In this document: piece by piece, positions 12,679 through 27,500 of the stretch | How the letters are laid out: each line of letters begins with the position of its first letter | How positions within the stretch are numbered: the stretch's first letter is position 1 | From: Octopus bimaculoides | Taxonomy: Eukaryota | DNA length: 64,000 nucleotides | Assembly: GCF_001194135.2 (NCBI RefSeq) | Contig: NC_068981.1 | Location: 180,686,244 to 180,750,243, forward strand | Direction of reading: 5' to 3' | Notes under the pieces: model-generated | What the model was told of the DNA's origin: nothing | The model's input: only the letters and a program-made list of their open reading frames with translations | The model's database searches: none | Position numbers and translations under genes: made by a program

Positions 12679-14088
12679 TATACAATATTAAGGATTGAAA
12701 TGAATCAGGTACTTAAATGATAGGCATCAAGTTGCATCAGACTAACTTGCAAAACAGCACCGTAAGTCGAATAAATAACAAGAGTACCAAAGTACATCCA
12801 GAGAAATATTAAGACTATGTATACAAAGAGTTTAACTCTTATAAGGATTTTAATAGCCTATGTGCTAATCCAAAAGTGTATGTTGTATTGGTCAAACAAT
12901 ATTTGGTATACTCCAGAATGTCCAATGGGTTGGGATTCCAGTGAGGTGTATCATGAACAAATAAATAACAAATGATGGATAAGTGACACTCATCCATTGT
13001 TTGTTATTCATTTGTATATATATGTATGTATGTACCATTTAGTTCTGGTCTGTGTTTGTCTTACATTTTGCCTTGTTTTTGCTATACCAGCGAGGTGCAA
13101 CTGCAATTACAGTCTTACAACAAGATGTTGCATTGAAAGTTTTTTGTGAGAGAGCTAATAATAAAATGGTAAGTGTTTTGTTTGTCACTTCGCTTTAAAA
13201 TTTTTCCAAAGTGTGGTTGTTGTCATTGTTGTGCTGGCAAGAAGTTGTAGTGGTAGCAGCAGTTTGTTCAACCCTAGGTCTGCTCTCACTGACCAGAACT
13301 ATGATGAAAGGTGCTGCTGTTATGATCTTTCCATCTTCCACTCAGACACTGTTTACTGAACTAATTTACACTCCATCCGTTACGACGTCGAGGGTTCCAG
13401 TTGATCCGATCAACAGAACAGCCTGCTCATGAAATTCATGTGCAGGCGGCTGAGTGCTCCACAGACACATGTACCCTTGATTCCAAATGACACAGAATGT
13501 GACAAGGCTGTCTGAAATACAGGCGCTACTCATTTTTGCCAGCTAAGTGAACTAGAGCATTGTGGAATAAAATCTCTTGTCCAAGGACATCACTCACCAG
13601 CAGGTATCAAACTCATGACCTTATGATCGTGGGCCGAGTACCCCTAACCACAAAGCTACATGCCTTCACCCCTGTTTACCTAGGAATGCAACTGTATACT
13701 CCATCGTGATTCTCTTTCTTTTCAAGGAAGAAGATTATAATTTGAGTGAGATTTGGCTGCTCTTTCTACCAGGTTAAATGACCATGAAAAGACTCCTTAN
13801 NNNNNNNNNNNNNNNNNNNNNNNNNNNNNNNNNNNNNNNNNNNNNNNNNNNNNNNNNNNNNNNNNNNNNNNNNNNNNNNNNNNNNNNNNNNNNNNNNNNN
13901 NNNNNNNNNNNNNNNNNNNNNNNNNNNNNNNNNNNNNNNNNNNNNNNNNNNNNNNNNNNNNNNNNNNNNNNNNNNNNNNNNNNNNNNNNNNNNNNNNNNN
14001 NNNNNNNNNNNNNNNNNNNNNNNNNNNNNNNNNNNNNNNNNNNNNNNNNNNTGTGGCGGCGGCGGCGGCGGCGGTAGTGGTTGTGGTG

Positions 14089-14121
<33 letters not shown>

Positions 14122-14865
14122 TTTGTTTATGCTTTTTTCTTATGCTGCTTTTTTTATTACAGTGTTCCCTCTACTTGGCACCCCAACTACAAAACTACAG
14201 CACCTCAAAGAACTGCCAAATACTTGAAGAGAGAGAAGATTGTGAACTTGAAAATATGTCACTTGCTATTCAACTAGCGAGAGTGTGGATACAGAATCAC
14301 AACAAAGGTATACCACAAACAACAATCCTTCCAGTCGTCAATCTGTTTGCTAGAAATAACAGCTAAATCCCCATTAAGCCAAAGCCTATGCACTTAAAAA
14401 GAAAGAAAATAAGGATATCATATGTAATTCAGTTTCACTATTACTGAAACAAAATTATGCAGACATGGATAGGTATAGGCGTGGCTGTGTGAGAGGAAAT
14501 TTGCTTTTCAGCCACATGATTTCAGCTTCAGTCCCACTGCATGGTACTTTGGGCAAGTGTATTCTATAATAGTCCTATAGCTCTTGACTGACCAAAACCG
14601 TATGAGTGGATTTGGCAGATACAAACTGGAAGAAGTTGAGCAGGTTTATTAAAACATAATTATCAGCAACAGAAGCAGTATTAGTGCGAAAAAGCAATTT
14701 TTGTATCCAACTTAACATGAATGTTTTGTTGGAACTTTAAATACTGCCTAATATACCTTGAGAGGAAAACCCTACCACCACCACCACCACCACCATTACC
14801 ATCATCATATAGGTGCAAGGTGTATAAAAACACGCATATTTATATCATTGGCAGATGAGAACCGA

Positions 14866-14907
<42 letters not shown>

Positions 14908-17900
14908 ATTATTATTATTATTATATGTGCATGTGTCTTTGTGTCTTGTTTGTCCCCTGTTCCCATAACTTAGCAGTTCAGCAAAAGTGATTAATAGAAT
15001 AAGTACCTGGCTTAAAATATNNNNNNNNNNNNNNNNNNNNNNNNNNNNNNNNNNNNNNNNNNNNNNNNNNNNNNNNNNNNNNNNNNNNNNNNNNNNNNNN
15101 NNNNNNNNNNNNNNNNNNNNNNNNNNNNNNNNNNNNNNNNNNNNNNNNNNNNNNNNNNNNNNNNNNNNNNNNNNNNNNNNNNNNNNNNNNNNNNNNNNNN
15201 NNNNNNNNNNNNNNNNNNNNNNNNNNNNNNNNNNNNNNNNNNNNNNNNNNNNNNNNNNNNNNNNNNNNNNNNNNNNNNNNNNNNNNNNCACAACCTCTAC
15301 TTGACAAATTGTGTTGTGTAGGTTTCTATACATCCTTGTACCATAGCAGTTTGGCAAAAGAGACTGATAGAATAAGTACCAGGCTTTAAAAAAACACATA
15401 TATACTGGGGCTGATTTGTTTAAGTACCAGACTTAAAATTAAGTACCGGGCTTATTTTGTTTGACTAAACCCTTCCAGATAGCTCCAGCATGACCACAGT
15501 CCCATAACTGAAACAAGTAAAAGATTAAAGATATAGATGATTTTTTTTCTCCCAGATTTTCTGGATTATGTTTAATTATTTTATTTCATTGATTTAAACA
15601 ATTTTGCAATGTGAGGTTCTTTTACAATGACTAGATAACAAATGTTTTTTTTTTCTTAGTTGCATCAGAGAGGAAATGGGTGAATCCCTTTGAGGGAGAG
15701 GAAATTCCTGAGATAGACAAAGATGTGGCAGATATAGAGGATTCTATAACAAGTAAGTCCCATGTAAGGATTTTGTTGGTTTGAAACTCTGTGCACAATT
15801 TTTCTTAAGGACCATACCAACATACATACCTGCATACATACATTCATACATCATATTTGCATTTATACATACCTACATGGTATTTATACATACCATACAT
15901 TGATACATATTTGTATGTGTACAGGCATGCATACATACATACAAGTTGTTGTTGTTCTTGGCACTCCGTCGCTTATGACGTCGAGGGTTTCAGTTGATCC
16001 GATCAACGGAACAGCCTGCTCATGAAATTAACGTGCAAGTGGCTGAGNNNNNNNNNNTGCTCATGAAATTAACGTGCAAGTGGCTGAGCACTCCACAGAC
16101 ACGTGTACCCTTAACATAGTTCTCGGGGATATTCAGCGTGACAAAGAGTGTCACAAGGCTGGCCCTTTGAATACCGGCACAACAGAAACTGGAAGTAAGA
16201 GTGAGAGAAAGTTGTGGTGGAAGAGTACAGCAGGGTTTGCCACCATCCCCTGCCGGAGCCTTGTGGACCTTTAGGTGTTTTTCGCTCAATAAATACTCTG
16301 GGAATCGAAACTGCGATCCTATGACTGCGAGTCTGCTGCCCTAACCACTAGGCCATTGTGCCTCCACTTCAGGTCATGTATACATGTATTTACTCATCAT
16401 GTTCATTCATTGGAGTGCAGAAGACTAGTCATCCTTGAGGATGATTGATGACTTGATAGTGAGATTGTTTAAAGTGAAGAAGACTTGTGCACCATCAACC
16501 TCACTCTCTCATCTGTAACCATCTTCAATCCAGTGACAAAACCAGGGGATGACCAAGAACTTCTGTCAGTTTCTGTCTACCAAATCCACTTAGAAGGCTT
16601 TGATCAGATTGGGACTATAATAGAAAACACTTGCCCAAGGTACCACTCTATCGAAATGAACCTGAAACCACATGCTTGGGAAGCAAACTTCTTAACCATA
16701 CAACCACGTCTGTGCTGTATAAAATATATCAATTCATTGTTATATACAGTTTACTCTTTGTAATTAACCATAAAGCTTACCATTTATTGTGTATGGACTT
16801 TCCAAGGCGAATCACTATTTTAGAAATAAAGCAAATTCTAGAGCCAAAGTATAAAGGACCAAAAAATAAAAGACCATAAAAATAGTTGGGAGTGAAAAAC
16901 CAAGAGAACAGGAAAGTGTAAAGGGCTATAAAAATGAAGTAAAATGTAATAAACAGAACTTATTCTAACTGGACCTCTCTAATAGTATATATTATTTGTC
17001 ATCCATTAACAGTACTGGAGCCTCTAAAATTACCTGCAAGACTTCAAATTTTCACAGAAGGAAATATTACTTATTATATGGATGGTGCACATACAAATGG
17101 AAGTATGGAAGTATGTATCTCTAGTCAATCATTATTAAATTTTTTGTGTTTAATTCTATAATTTAAGATTATCTTTACATAATTTGAGTCTATCAGGATT
17201 TTCATATAATCTACATTTAGTATGTAACAACTTTTTCATAAAGTTACTTGTCTAGAGTTTGTCAGCATGTCTTTATCATGTCATGTGGAAATTTATTTTT
17301 ATATCTCATGTATGTTTCCTACATGTACCTTCATACTGTAAATGAGCTTTACATCATGTGACTGGGTAGTCATCTAGATCCTCTACAGCAAGAAACCTAT
17401 TCTGCTCTGGCCCTTTTCTCTCATATTTTACCCTTCTCTACTCCTCATCTCCTAGCATAAAGTTGCCACCTTGAGGTTTGTAGTCTTGCAAGTTGCATGA
17501 CAACCTGGTAGTGCTGAGAGAATGAAAAAAGCACCCTGTACATTTTGTAAAGTGGTTGGCATTAGGAAGGGCATCCAGCTGTAGAAACCATATCAAAAGG
17601 CGGCGAACTGGCAGAAACATTAGCATGCCGGGCGAAATGCTTAGCGGTATTTTGTCTGCTGCTACATTCTGAGTTCAAATTCTGCCATGGTCGACTGAGC
17701 CTTTCATTCTTTCGGGGTCGATTAAATAAGTACCAGTTACGCACTGTGGTCAATGTAATCGACTTAATCCCTTTGTCTGTCTTTGTTTGTCCCCTCTATG
17801 TTTAGCCCCTTGTGGGCAATAAAGAAATTAGAAACCATATCAAAGCAAAAATTGGAACACAATGCAATCCTTGAGTTTGTTGGATCCTGTCAAACCATTG

Positions 17901-20173
17901 AACTGATGCCAGTATGAAACATGGAGGTTAAGTAATGATGATCATGACGATGATGATGATGATGATATATGACTGTGTAACTCCACTCTGTATGTGATCT
18001 AATTATTTTAATATAAAATGCAACTTGCAACTTAAAGTCAGAGATGCCCATAGGTGAGCAATTTTGTCAGAAGGTTCCTGTGGCTGATATGGCGTAATGC
18101 TTTACAGCAGGGGTCCCCAAACTCTTTAAACCATTGATCCCTTCATGGAATCCTTGACCCCACATTGACCACCAAGCAAGTACAAAAAGAAAATAATAAT
18201 AATTAAGCAGATGTGCAGTTTCAGGTATTTATCGACCCTTTGAATAGTCCCATCGAACCTCATGGGTCTGTATCAACTACCTTGGAGACCCCTGCTTTAT
18301 GGAGATCAAGGGCAAAAATCCAGATTCTTGTCAATCTTTTCAATAAGTAGTCTCAAGAACAAGAGTTTCCATCGTCATATAAATGGTCTCAGGGGAAAAA
18401 GTCTACTAATGTGACTATGGGAACTGTATTGGTAGATACCAAGAATAGAAATAGATCTAAAAGGATTAAATAGATGGTTGTTTATGACTCTTTCCATCAC
18501 ATTTGTAAGATTAAACATGTGTACAAATCAGTCAGGTGTTATTAAATATTTTATATCTTCATATCATCGATATATGTTTCAATGGATGCATTCAAAATAA
18601 ATCCAACAGGATGAATAATGTGGAGCAATGCATCAATCTCATCAGGGAGGATATAAACAACAGTGTGCATCAATTAGACATTTTAACAGATGTCTGTAAA
18701 AAGATAAGTACTGGGATCAATGATTTGTTCAACTAAAACCCTTTAAGGCAGGGCTCCCTTTTTTGCATGAGTCTAGTAACTGAAACAAATAAAAGTTAAA
18801 AACAGGCAATTATTTTTGAAATATAAACATGCATGCATGTACACACATACACATGTGGTGTGTGTGTGTGTGTGTGTATCAGTTGATCTCACCAGTTGGT
18901 TTGAAGTCTAGATTCACCTTCCACACTTTATCGTCATCATCATTTAATGTTTGTCTTCTATTTTGGCATAAGTTGGATGATTCAACAAGGATAAATTGGA
19001 GGATCATATCATGCTTCAATGTTTACTTTGACATGATTTCTATAACTGGATACCCTTTCTAATGCCAACCATCTACAGAGTGTACTAGGTGCTTTTCTTC
19101 ATGGCATTTTCTGTTTTACAAAAATTTTTAATTATTGATTTTATTAGAATTGTTGTGTTTAGATATTAAATACTCCTTCGGGGAAGTTTTTGTCTCCTAT
19201 TTGCCCGGATAATAACTTTAATTGATCTGAATTTTTTTTTTTCTTTTTTTTTTCAACTCTATATTTTATATGTGAGGTCCTAATACCTGAACATACTCTT
19301 AGCAAGTCATACCCACATCCATACATACTTACTAACAATACTATCTTTTATCAGTGTTGCTGTACCTGGTTTAAGAAGAAATCTCAACAATGGCCTAGAG
19401 ATCAGTAAGTACGTTTTACAGCTTGCTATTCTTTTCTTTTTAATTATTACATGTTGGTTCAAAAAAAAAAAAAAAAAAAAAAAAAAAAACACAGCAGAGC
19501 CCTTTAATATCCATATAACTCTTTGAAATACACTATCTTTGTTTCTCTAAATTTCGAAAATAATGAAGATTCACCTGTGCTGGTGCCACATATAAAGTAC
19601 TGTTCACTCTGTTAGGTGGTTGGTGTAAGGAATGGCATCTAGGCATAAAAACCCTACCAAAACAGACATTGGAGCCTGGTGCAGTCTTCTGCCTAACCAG
19701 CTGCTGTCAAACTGTCTAAACCTTGCCAGCATGGAAAGCGGATGTTAAAGGATGATGATGACAATGAACTTTGTCATTATGAAGTTGTTGTTTGGAATAT
19801 AGTTTAACGAGAAAATTTGATTGAAGGTTTTAATTTAGGTCACTTTAAAACAGAAAGTTTGTGCCATAGAACTAAGGACAATCTCGGGCAGGCTAGTATA
19901 AAAAAATACTAATCTCCAGAAGTGTTTACAATGATTAGTGCTTATCTTTTCTTTTATCACCTTATGTAGTTAAAATCTAAATCTCCTCTACATATAATAA
20001 CATTATGTCACAAGTTGTATTTTCACAAGATCTGATATCTAAATACATAGGCAAACGTCTTCTACTATAGCCTTGGACCAACCAAAGCCTTGTGAGTAGA
20101 TTTGGTAGAGGGAAACTGAAAGAAGCCTGTCATATACATACATACATACATACATACATACATACATACATAC

Positions 20174-20221
<48 letters not shown>

Positions 20222-20670
20222 AGGTTTGGAGGTGATGTACAGGAATTATATATTAGAAAAAATAATAAGGTACTCAGATATCTGGATGGTTGTACATTTA
20301 CAGATTTTTATTAATATGTTACATGCTTTATAAATATTAGCGCTTGCATCTATTCTTGTAGATTCTTCAGATATGATTTCACTTCAGAGGATTTGTCTCT
20401 TCTTATAGTAATACTATAAAAAGANNNNNNNNNNNNNNNNNNNNNNNNNNNNNNNNNNNNNNNNNNNNNNNNNNNNNNNNNNNNNNNNNNNNNNNNNNNN
20501 NNNNNNNNNNNNNNNNNNNNNNNNNNNNNNNNNNNNNNNNNNNNNNNNNNNNNNNNNNNNNNNNNNNCAAGAATAGATACAAGCACTAATATTTATAAAG
20601 CATGTGACATATTAATAAAAATCTGTAAATGTACAACCATCCAGATATCTGAGTACCTTATTATTTTTTC

Positions 20671-20739
<69 letters not shown>

Positions 20740-21111
20740 CGAGTTTGTTCATATTATTTTCCTTCACAGGGACAGTAATATAAGAAAAGCATTACTATTT
20801 ACTGTAAGTGGTAAACGAAAAGCAAAAGCAATGATGAAAATATTAAAGGTAAGAAAATATTTCTTTTCTGCAGACAAATTGTTAAAATTTAAGATGACTG
20901 TATGGAATTATTGTCATTTAGACTACTGTGATAATGCAAAGACTGGATATATTGCCAATCCAGTTGTCAATTATCCAATTGTCTCTCACAAAGTCATTCA
21001 CCATATGTCTGCCATGAGTCTACAGGTTCACGAAGCTGGTGCTCACCTGTGATTTTTCGGTGTTTCAAGCCAAGTAATTGCTTAGAGATTCCCTTGTTGA
21101 TTCATGTGTTC

Positions 21112-21148
<37 letters not shown>

Positions 21149-22995
21149 TACCCTCACCATCATTGTTTTAATGTCAAACAGAATTTGTTCAGGCAAATTT
21201 TCTTCCTGTCATCAACTATCACCTTTTTTTAAAAAAAATGAAAAATAATATTTTTCCCTGACTGGACATGTTTCCATGAAAGATTGGAAAAGAATGACAC
21301 CTCTTGTATAATGGTGAAGCTCACTTACAACAAACAAACATGCGCACACACAAATGCATACATATAAGAAAATGTGACGACAAAGGAATAAATGGTTATT
21401 ATCTTATAAACTTCATTAGTTTACATCTGTTTCTGCAATAAGATGCAGTGAAACACCCTCACCACCAAAGAAAAGCACACTCGATGGAAGGAAAAACCAG
21501 TAGCACTGGCAGAGAGCTTCTTCAAATGCAGTTGCTGTATGTTTGACTATCACTCACATGTGGGCCTCTACAGCCACAACGGGTGCTGTACCACAATCTG
21601 CAGCTGACACAATTTCTTCAGGCACAGATCCATAACCTCTTCAGACTGACGGATACCTACTATATTATATAAACTCACACACACACACAAAAACCTGATA
21701 ACACACAAGGTCCCTTGATCTTGGATGCAAAACCTTGGGTAACTCTAGGTCCAAGATATAAATTTTTGTTGTAATAATTACTGCTCTATTCTTTAGAGTG
21801 TGCTTCTTCCTGATATATGTTTTTTTATTAACTATGTGTGTGTGTGTGTGTGTGTGTGTATTTCTACATTAATAACTCTCCAATCCATGCCAGCATGGAA
21901 CATAGACATTAAGTGGAATGCCAGTCTCTCATCTAGGAGGGCCTTGAAATCAATGTTACCAACTGGGGACTATGTGTGTCGTAGTGATAATAAAAAGACC
22001 CAAAGGAGGTCTGCAACGAAATAATTTTACTCAACACTTTGCAAGTGAATCAGTGGAGGCAAAGATGCGTCTCATTTACTTGACAATTTATGCACCACAT
22101 TGCAGAAATCACAATGTAAGTATATCTGAAAGGGTAGTCTTACACTGTTGTACCGTTGAATTACAAATAATGCTCATCTGTTATGTTCGGGTTAAAATTT
22201 CATCAACANNNNNNNNNNNNNNNNNNNNNNNNNNNNNNNNNNNNNNNNNNNNNNNNNNNNNNNNNNNNNNNNNNNNNNNNNNNNNNNNNNNNNNNNNNNN
22301 NNNNNNNNNNNNNNNNNNNNNNNNNNNNNNNNNNNNNNNNNNNNNNNNNNNNNNNNNNNNNNNNNNNNNNNNNNNNNNNNNNNNNNNNNNNNNNNNNNNN
22401 NNNNNNNNNNNNNNNNNNNNNNNNNNNNNNNNNNNNNNNNNNNNNNNNNNNNNNNNNNNNNNNNNNNNNNNNNNNNNNNNNNNNNNNNNNNNNNNNNNNN
22501 NNNNNNNNNNNNNNNNNNNNNNNNNNNNNNNNNNNNNNNNNNNNNNNNNNNNNNNNNNNNNNNNNNNNNNNNNNNNNNNNNNNNNNNNNNNNNNNNNNNN
22601 NNNNNNNNNNNNNNNNNNNNNNNNNNNNNNNNNNNNNNNNNNNNNNNNNNNNNNNNNNNNNNNNNNNNNNNNNNNNNNNNNNNNNNNNNNNNNNNNNNNN
22701 NNNNNNNNNNNNNNNNNNNNNNNNNNNNNNNNNNNNNNNNNNNNNNNNNNNNNNNNNNNNNNNNNNNNNNNNNNNNNNNNNNNNNNNNNNNNNNNNNNNN
22801 NNNNNNNNNNNNNNNNNNNNNNNNNNNNNNNNNNNNNNNNNNNNNNNNNNNNNNNNNNNNNNNNNNNNNNNNNNNNNNNNNNNNNNNNNNNNNNNNNNNN
22901 NNNNNNNNNNNNNNNNNNNNNNNNNNNNNNNNNNNNNNNNNNNNNNNNNNNNNNNNNNNNNNNNNNNNNNNNNNNNNNNNNNNNNNNNNNNNNNN

Positions 22996-23051
<56 letters not shown>

Positions 23052-23667
23052 GACAGACACACATTCTCATTTATATATATATATATAGATTACTGCTCTA
23101 ATGCTTTAGAGTGTGGTTCTTTTGTGGATGACAGCTTACGTTGGGGAGACAGCACATAGTATAGGGGAGAAAATAGGTGAACACTGGCAGGAGTTCAAAG
23201 AGGAGAAAAGCTTGTAGTGTTCTACCAACATGCTCAATTAGAACAAAGAGGCTTGTTTAATAACATAGATGTTAAGGTATTATCAATGCCAAGAACAGAC
23301 ATGATACTTAGACAGATTACAGAGGCCATATAGACAGACCAAGCCTCAACAGAAAATACGAATGGAATAACACTCCCCACCGCAACACTATGCAACATGA
23401 CAGAAACACAGATACAAACAGTACAATATATAAATTCATACAAACAAAAGACACACATACACATACCTAAGATGAAATGGGTAAAAAGTAGTGATAAAAT
23501 AAATAAATAAATGAACAGCACAGATACTAACAGTATAGTATGCAAGCTCATATACATACACAAAAAACACAATTACATTTAACACAAACAGCCCCCCCCC
23601 ACACACACACACTCACACAGTCACCACACAACACAAATGCATACACACACATGCACACACATACGTG

Positions 23668-23704
<37 letters not shown>

Positions 23705-24413
23705 NNNNNNNNNNNNNNNNNNNNNNNNNNNNNNNNNNNNNNNNNNNNNNNNNNNNNNNNNNNNNNNNNNNNNNNNNNNNNNNNNNNNNNNNNNNNNNNN
23801 NNNNNNNNNNNNNNNNNNNNNNNNNNNNNNNNNNNNNNNNNNNNNNNNNNNNNNNNNNNNNNNNNNNNNNNNNNNNNNNNNNNNNNNNNNNNNNNNNNNN
23901 NNNNNNNNNNNNNNNNNNNNNNNNNNNNNNNNNNNNNNNNNNNNNNNNNNNNNNNNNNNNNNNNNNNNNNNNNNNNNNNNNNNNNNNNNNNNNNNNNNNN
24001 NNNNNNNNNNNNNNNNNNNNNNNNNNNNNNNNNNNNNNNNNNNNNNNNNNNNNNNNNNNNNNNNNNNNNNNNNNNNNNNNNNNNNNNNNNNNNNNNNNNN
24101 NNNNNNNNNNNNNNNNNNNNNNNNNNNNNNNNNNNNNNNNNNNNNNNNNNNNNNNNNNNNNNNNNNNNNNNNNNNNNNNNNNNNNNNATATATGTGTGTG
24201 TGTTTGTGTGTCTGTGTTTGTCCCCCCACCATCGCTTGACAACCGATGCTGGTGTGTTTACGTCCCCGTAACATAGCGGTTCGGCAAAAAGAGACCGATA
24301 GAATAAGTACTAGGCTCCCAAAGAATAAGTCCTGGGGTCGATTTGCTCAACTAAAGGCAGTGCTCCAGCATGGCCACAGTCAAATGACTGAAACAAGTAA
24401 AAGAGTAAAAGAG

Positions 24414-24448
<35 letters not shown>

Positions 24449-24545
24449 GGAGAAATATGCAAATATATTTGTTTATAATGCATATGTACATACATAAGTG
24501 TATTATGTGCATGTGTGTGTGTATATATATATATATATATTTATG

Positions 24546-24579
<34 letters not shown>

Positions 24580-27500
24580 TGTATGTATGTATGTGTATAT
24601 ATATATATATATACACATACCCACATACACACAAAGATAGATAGATAGAGAGAAAGAGAGAGGGAAAGAGAGAGATATCATCACATGTATCATGTGCATC
24701 ATACTTATACATCTATAAATAATTTATATTATTATTATTGATCTTAATATTAGTGTTGCATAAGTTATGAACAGGACAAAAACTTTAACAAATGAGCCAT
24801 AAATTTACTTGAATTGAACTCGGTGACCTTCATGCTTCTCTATTCGATGTTCTTGTAATGTTTTAATACACAATTATTAACTTGGAATACATTACTCGAA
24901 TGCAAGCCGATAATGGAGTCAATATGTGAGCAAATACAACGCAATATATATTCAAAAATACACACTGATTAAAAAAAAAAGCAGGACCTAAAGATCCACG
25001 TGCAAAAGTATCACGCCACTAATGAAACAGACCAGTATGCAAATTAGAAGGCAGTCAAAGATTCACTTTAAAAAGACATGAGGTGAACGCACGAAATAAA
25101 GCAGAGTCACTAAACTTAGTTTGATACTTAGTCAGAACGTAGAATTAAATTAGAGCAATATAACAGTTCTGTTTTGCCAAAATGCATTCATTTAACAGAG
25201 ACCATCTCATCATTAATTCACACTAAGCATATCCAGATATTCATTTTCCTATTCTTTTTCCTTGCATTTTTGTTTTTAAAGATAGAAGAGTGTAATTTAC
25301 GAGAGATTTAGTCTTTAATTTTAGCAGATCTGATGATTACATGCATGAGTCATTTTTGTTGAAACTAGTGACTCGTAACTATGTGTGTGTGTGTGGGGGG
25401 GGCTGTTTGTGTTAGTTGCAATTATGATGTTGATACTTAGCATGATGGGTAATAAAAATGGTGATAGGGACTGTTTGTGTTAGTTGTAATTGCAATGTTG
25501 ATGGAGTGAAGGCACATGGCTTAGTGGCTAGAGTATTCAGCTCATGATTAGTAGGGTGGTGAGTTCAACTCCCAGCAATGCTTTGTGTCCTTGAATGAGG
25601 CACTTTATTTCATAATGCTCCAATCCACTCAGCTGGCAAAAATGATTTGTACCTGTATTTCAAAGGGCCAGCCTTGTCACACTCTGTGTCATGCTGAATC
25701 TCCCTGAGAAAATTACATTAAGGGTATGCATGTCTGTGGAGTGCTCAGCCATTTGCATGTTAATTTCATGAGCAAGTTGTTCTGTTGATCAGATCAACTA
25801 GAATTTTTGATGGTAAAATAGTTATGACGGGAAGGTGGTGGTGGTGATAGTAGTGGCTGTGGTGGTGGCGGTGGCGGCGGCGGCGGCGGTGGTGGTTGCA
25901 ATTGTAGTAGTAGTAACAGCAATAATAATTGCTTCCTATAGAGGTATAAGACTTATAACTTGGAAGAGAAAATTAGTCAATTAAATTGACCCCCAGTACC
26001 TGACTGGTATATTATTTATCAATCCTGAAAGATTAAAGGGTGAAAGGTAATGGGAAACCCTCAGTGAGATTTGATCCCAAAATGCAAAGACACAGAACAA
26101 ATACTGCAAGTCATTTTCCCCAATACTCTAACAATGCTGGTGTTGATGTTAGTTGTGATGTTGTGGTATTCATCATCTTAATCATTTTAACATCCACTTT
26201 TCCCTGCTTGCATGGATCACATGAAATTTGTTGTGGCAGATTTTTGAAAGATTGGATGCCCTTCCAGTCACCAACTCTTGTTTCAAAGCAAAGGTAATAT
26301 TAACAATGACTGGACATATTTTCATGGAAGACTGGAAATAAATGACACTGCTTGTAATGACAATGACACGGTCTGCTTAATTAGAGGTGAACTTGAGGTA
26401 AATGATAACAACAACAACAACAACAACAACAGCAATAACAACTCTTAAAAATATTCATTTTATTTATCTTCCAGAAATGTCATTTTGACTTGGCCATGTT
26501 TGCTTCCAACAGACTTCATGTTGACGGTATGTGATATAACAAGTGTTTCATGTTTCATTACACCTGTATCATTATTGTGTGCGTGTGTCTGTATATATGC
26601 ATGTGTGTGTACGTTTATGTGTGTGTGTACGTTTGTGTGTGTGCATGTGCGTGCATGTGTGTGTGTGTGTGTATGCATGTGTGTTCTCATCAACTGTTTG
26701 TTTTGCTTTGTTTTTTTCAGACAGTGCAATATATAAGCAGAACAATATAAGTATGCAAAACTTATTCTCAAGTTCAAAATGTGAATTTTTTTTCTTTTTT
26801 TCTTTTTTTTGTTATCTACATTCCAGTGATGGAGTTTTATATTTTTGTTAGAAACCAGCTTTGAAATCTTACTTACAGAGAGATTTCAAAAATTTCAAAT
26901 AATTAAAATTANNNNNNNNNNACGTATTGTCCTTGCCTTTGAAACGCGGAGTAGATGGAACAGGGACAACTGAAGAAGGGAAATAGTCTTTATGTTGCAT
27001 ATCTCGTTTCTCTGTTTGTTTTGTTTTCGTTGTTCAAAAAAAAAGTTCATTTTCTGTCTTCGTCTTTATGTTTTCGTTTCTCATTGTGTTCAACGTTTTT
27101 TTGTGATGTCCTGTACCCATATATGCTTGTATGTATACATATAGATGTAGGTATGTACATATATGTATGGATATATGCATATATTTATATATTATTTATG
27201 TTATTATATGATCGAATGCTACGCTTCTGTTTCCAAGTACATACATACATGATGGCTGTCCACTTGTGACCGAGGAAGACCATTGCCGACCTACAGGAGC
27301 ATTGTGTGCTCTAGGACTAACTTATATATTGCATTTGTGGCTCCGTTGGTGGCTAATGAGCCCTGCTCTTGACAAGCATACACGACTGCAAACATTGCAG
27401 ACCAAGCTTTCTGCAATGTTTGCAGTCGTAGGTATGTACATATATGTATGGATATATGGATATATGGATATATTTATATATTATTTATGTTATATGATCG

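Noticed and set aside
18536-18736. 66-aa ORF after a cag acceptor in an FPGS intron
   Set aside because: No phase-compatible donor, runs into a SINE tail, and has no FPGS similarity.
24930-25260. Unique intronic stretch with an octamer (atgcaaat) and an E-box (cacgtg)
   Set aside because: Short motifs are expected by chance; no conservation data are available.
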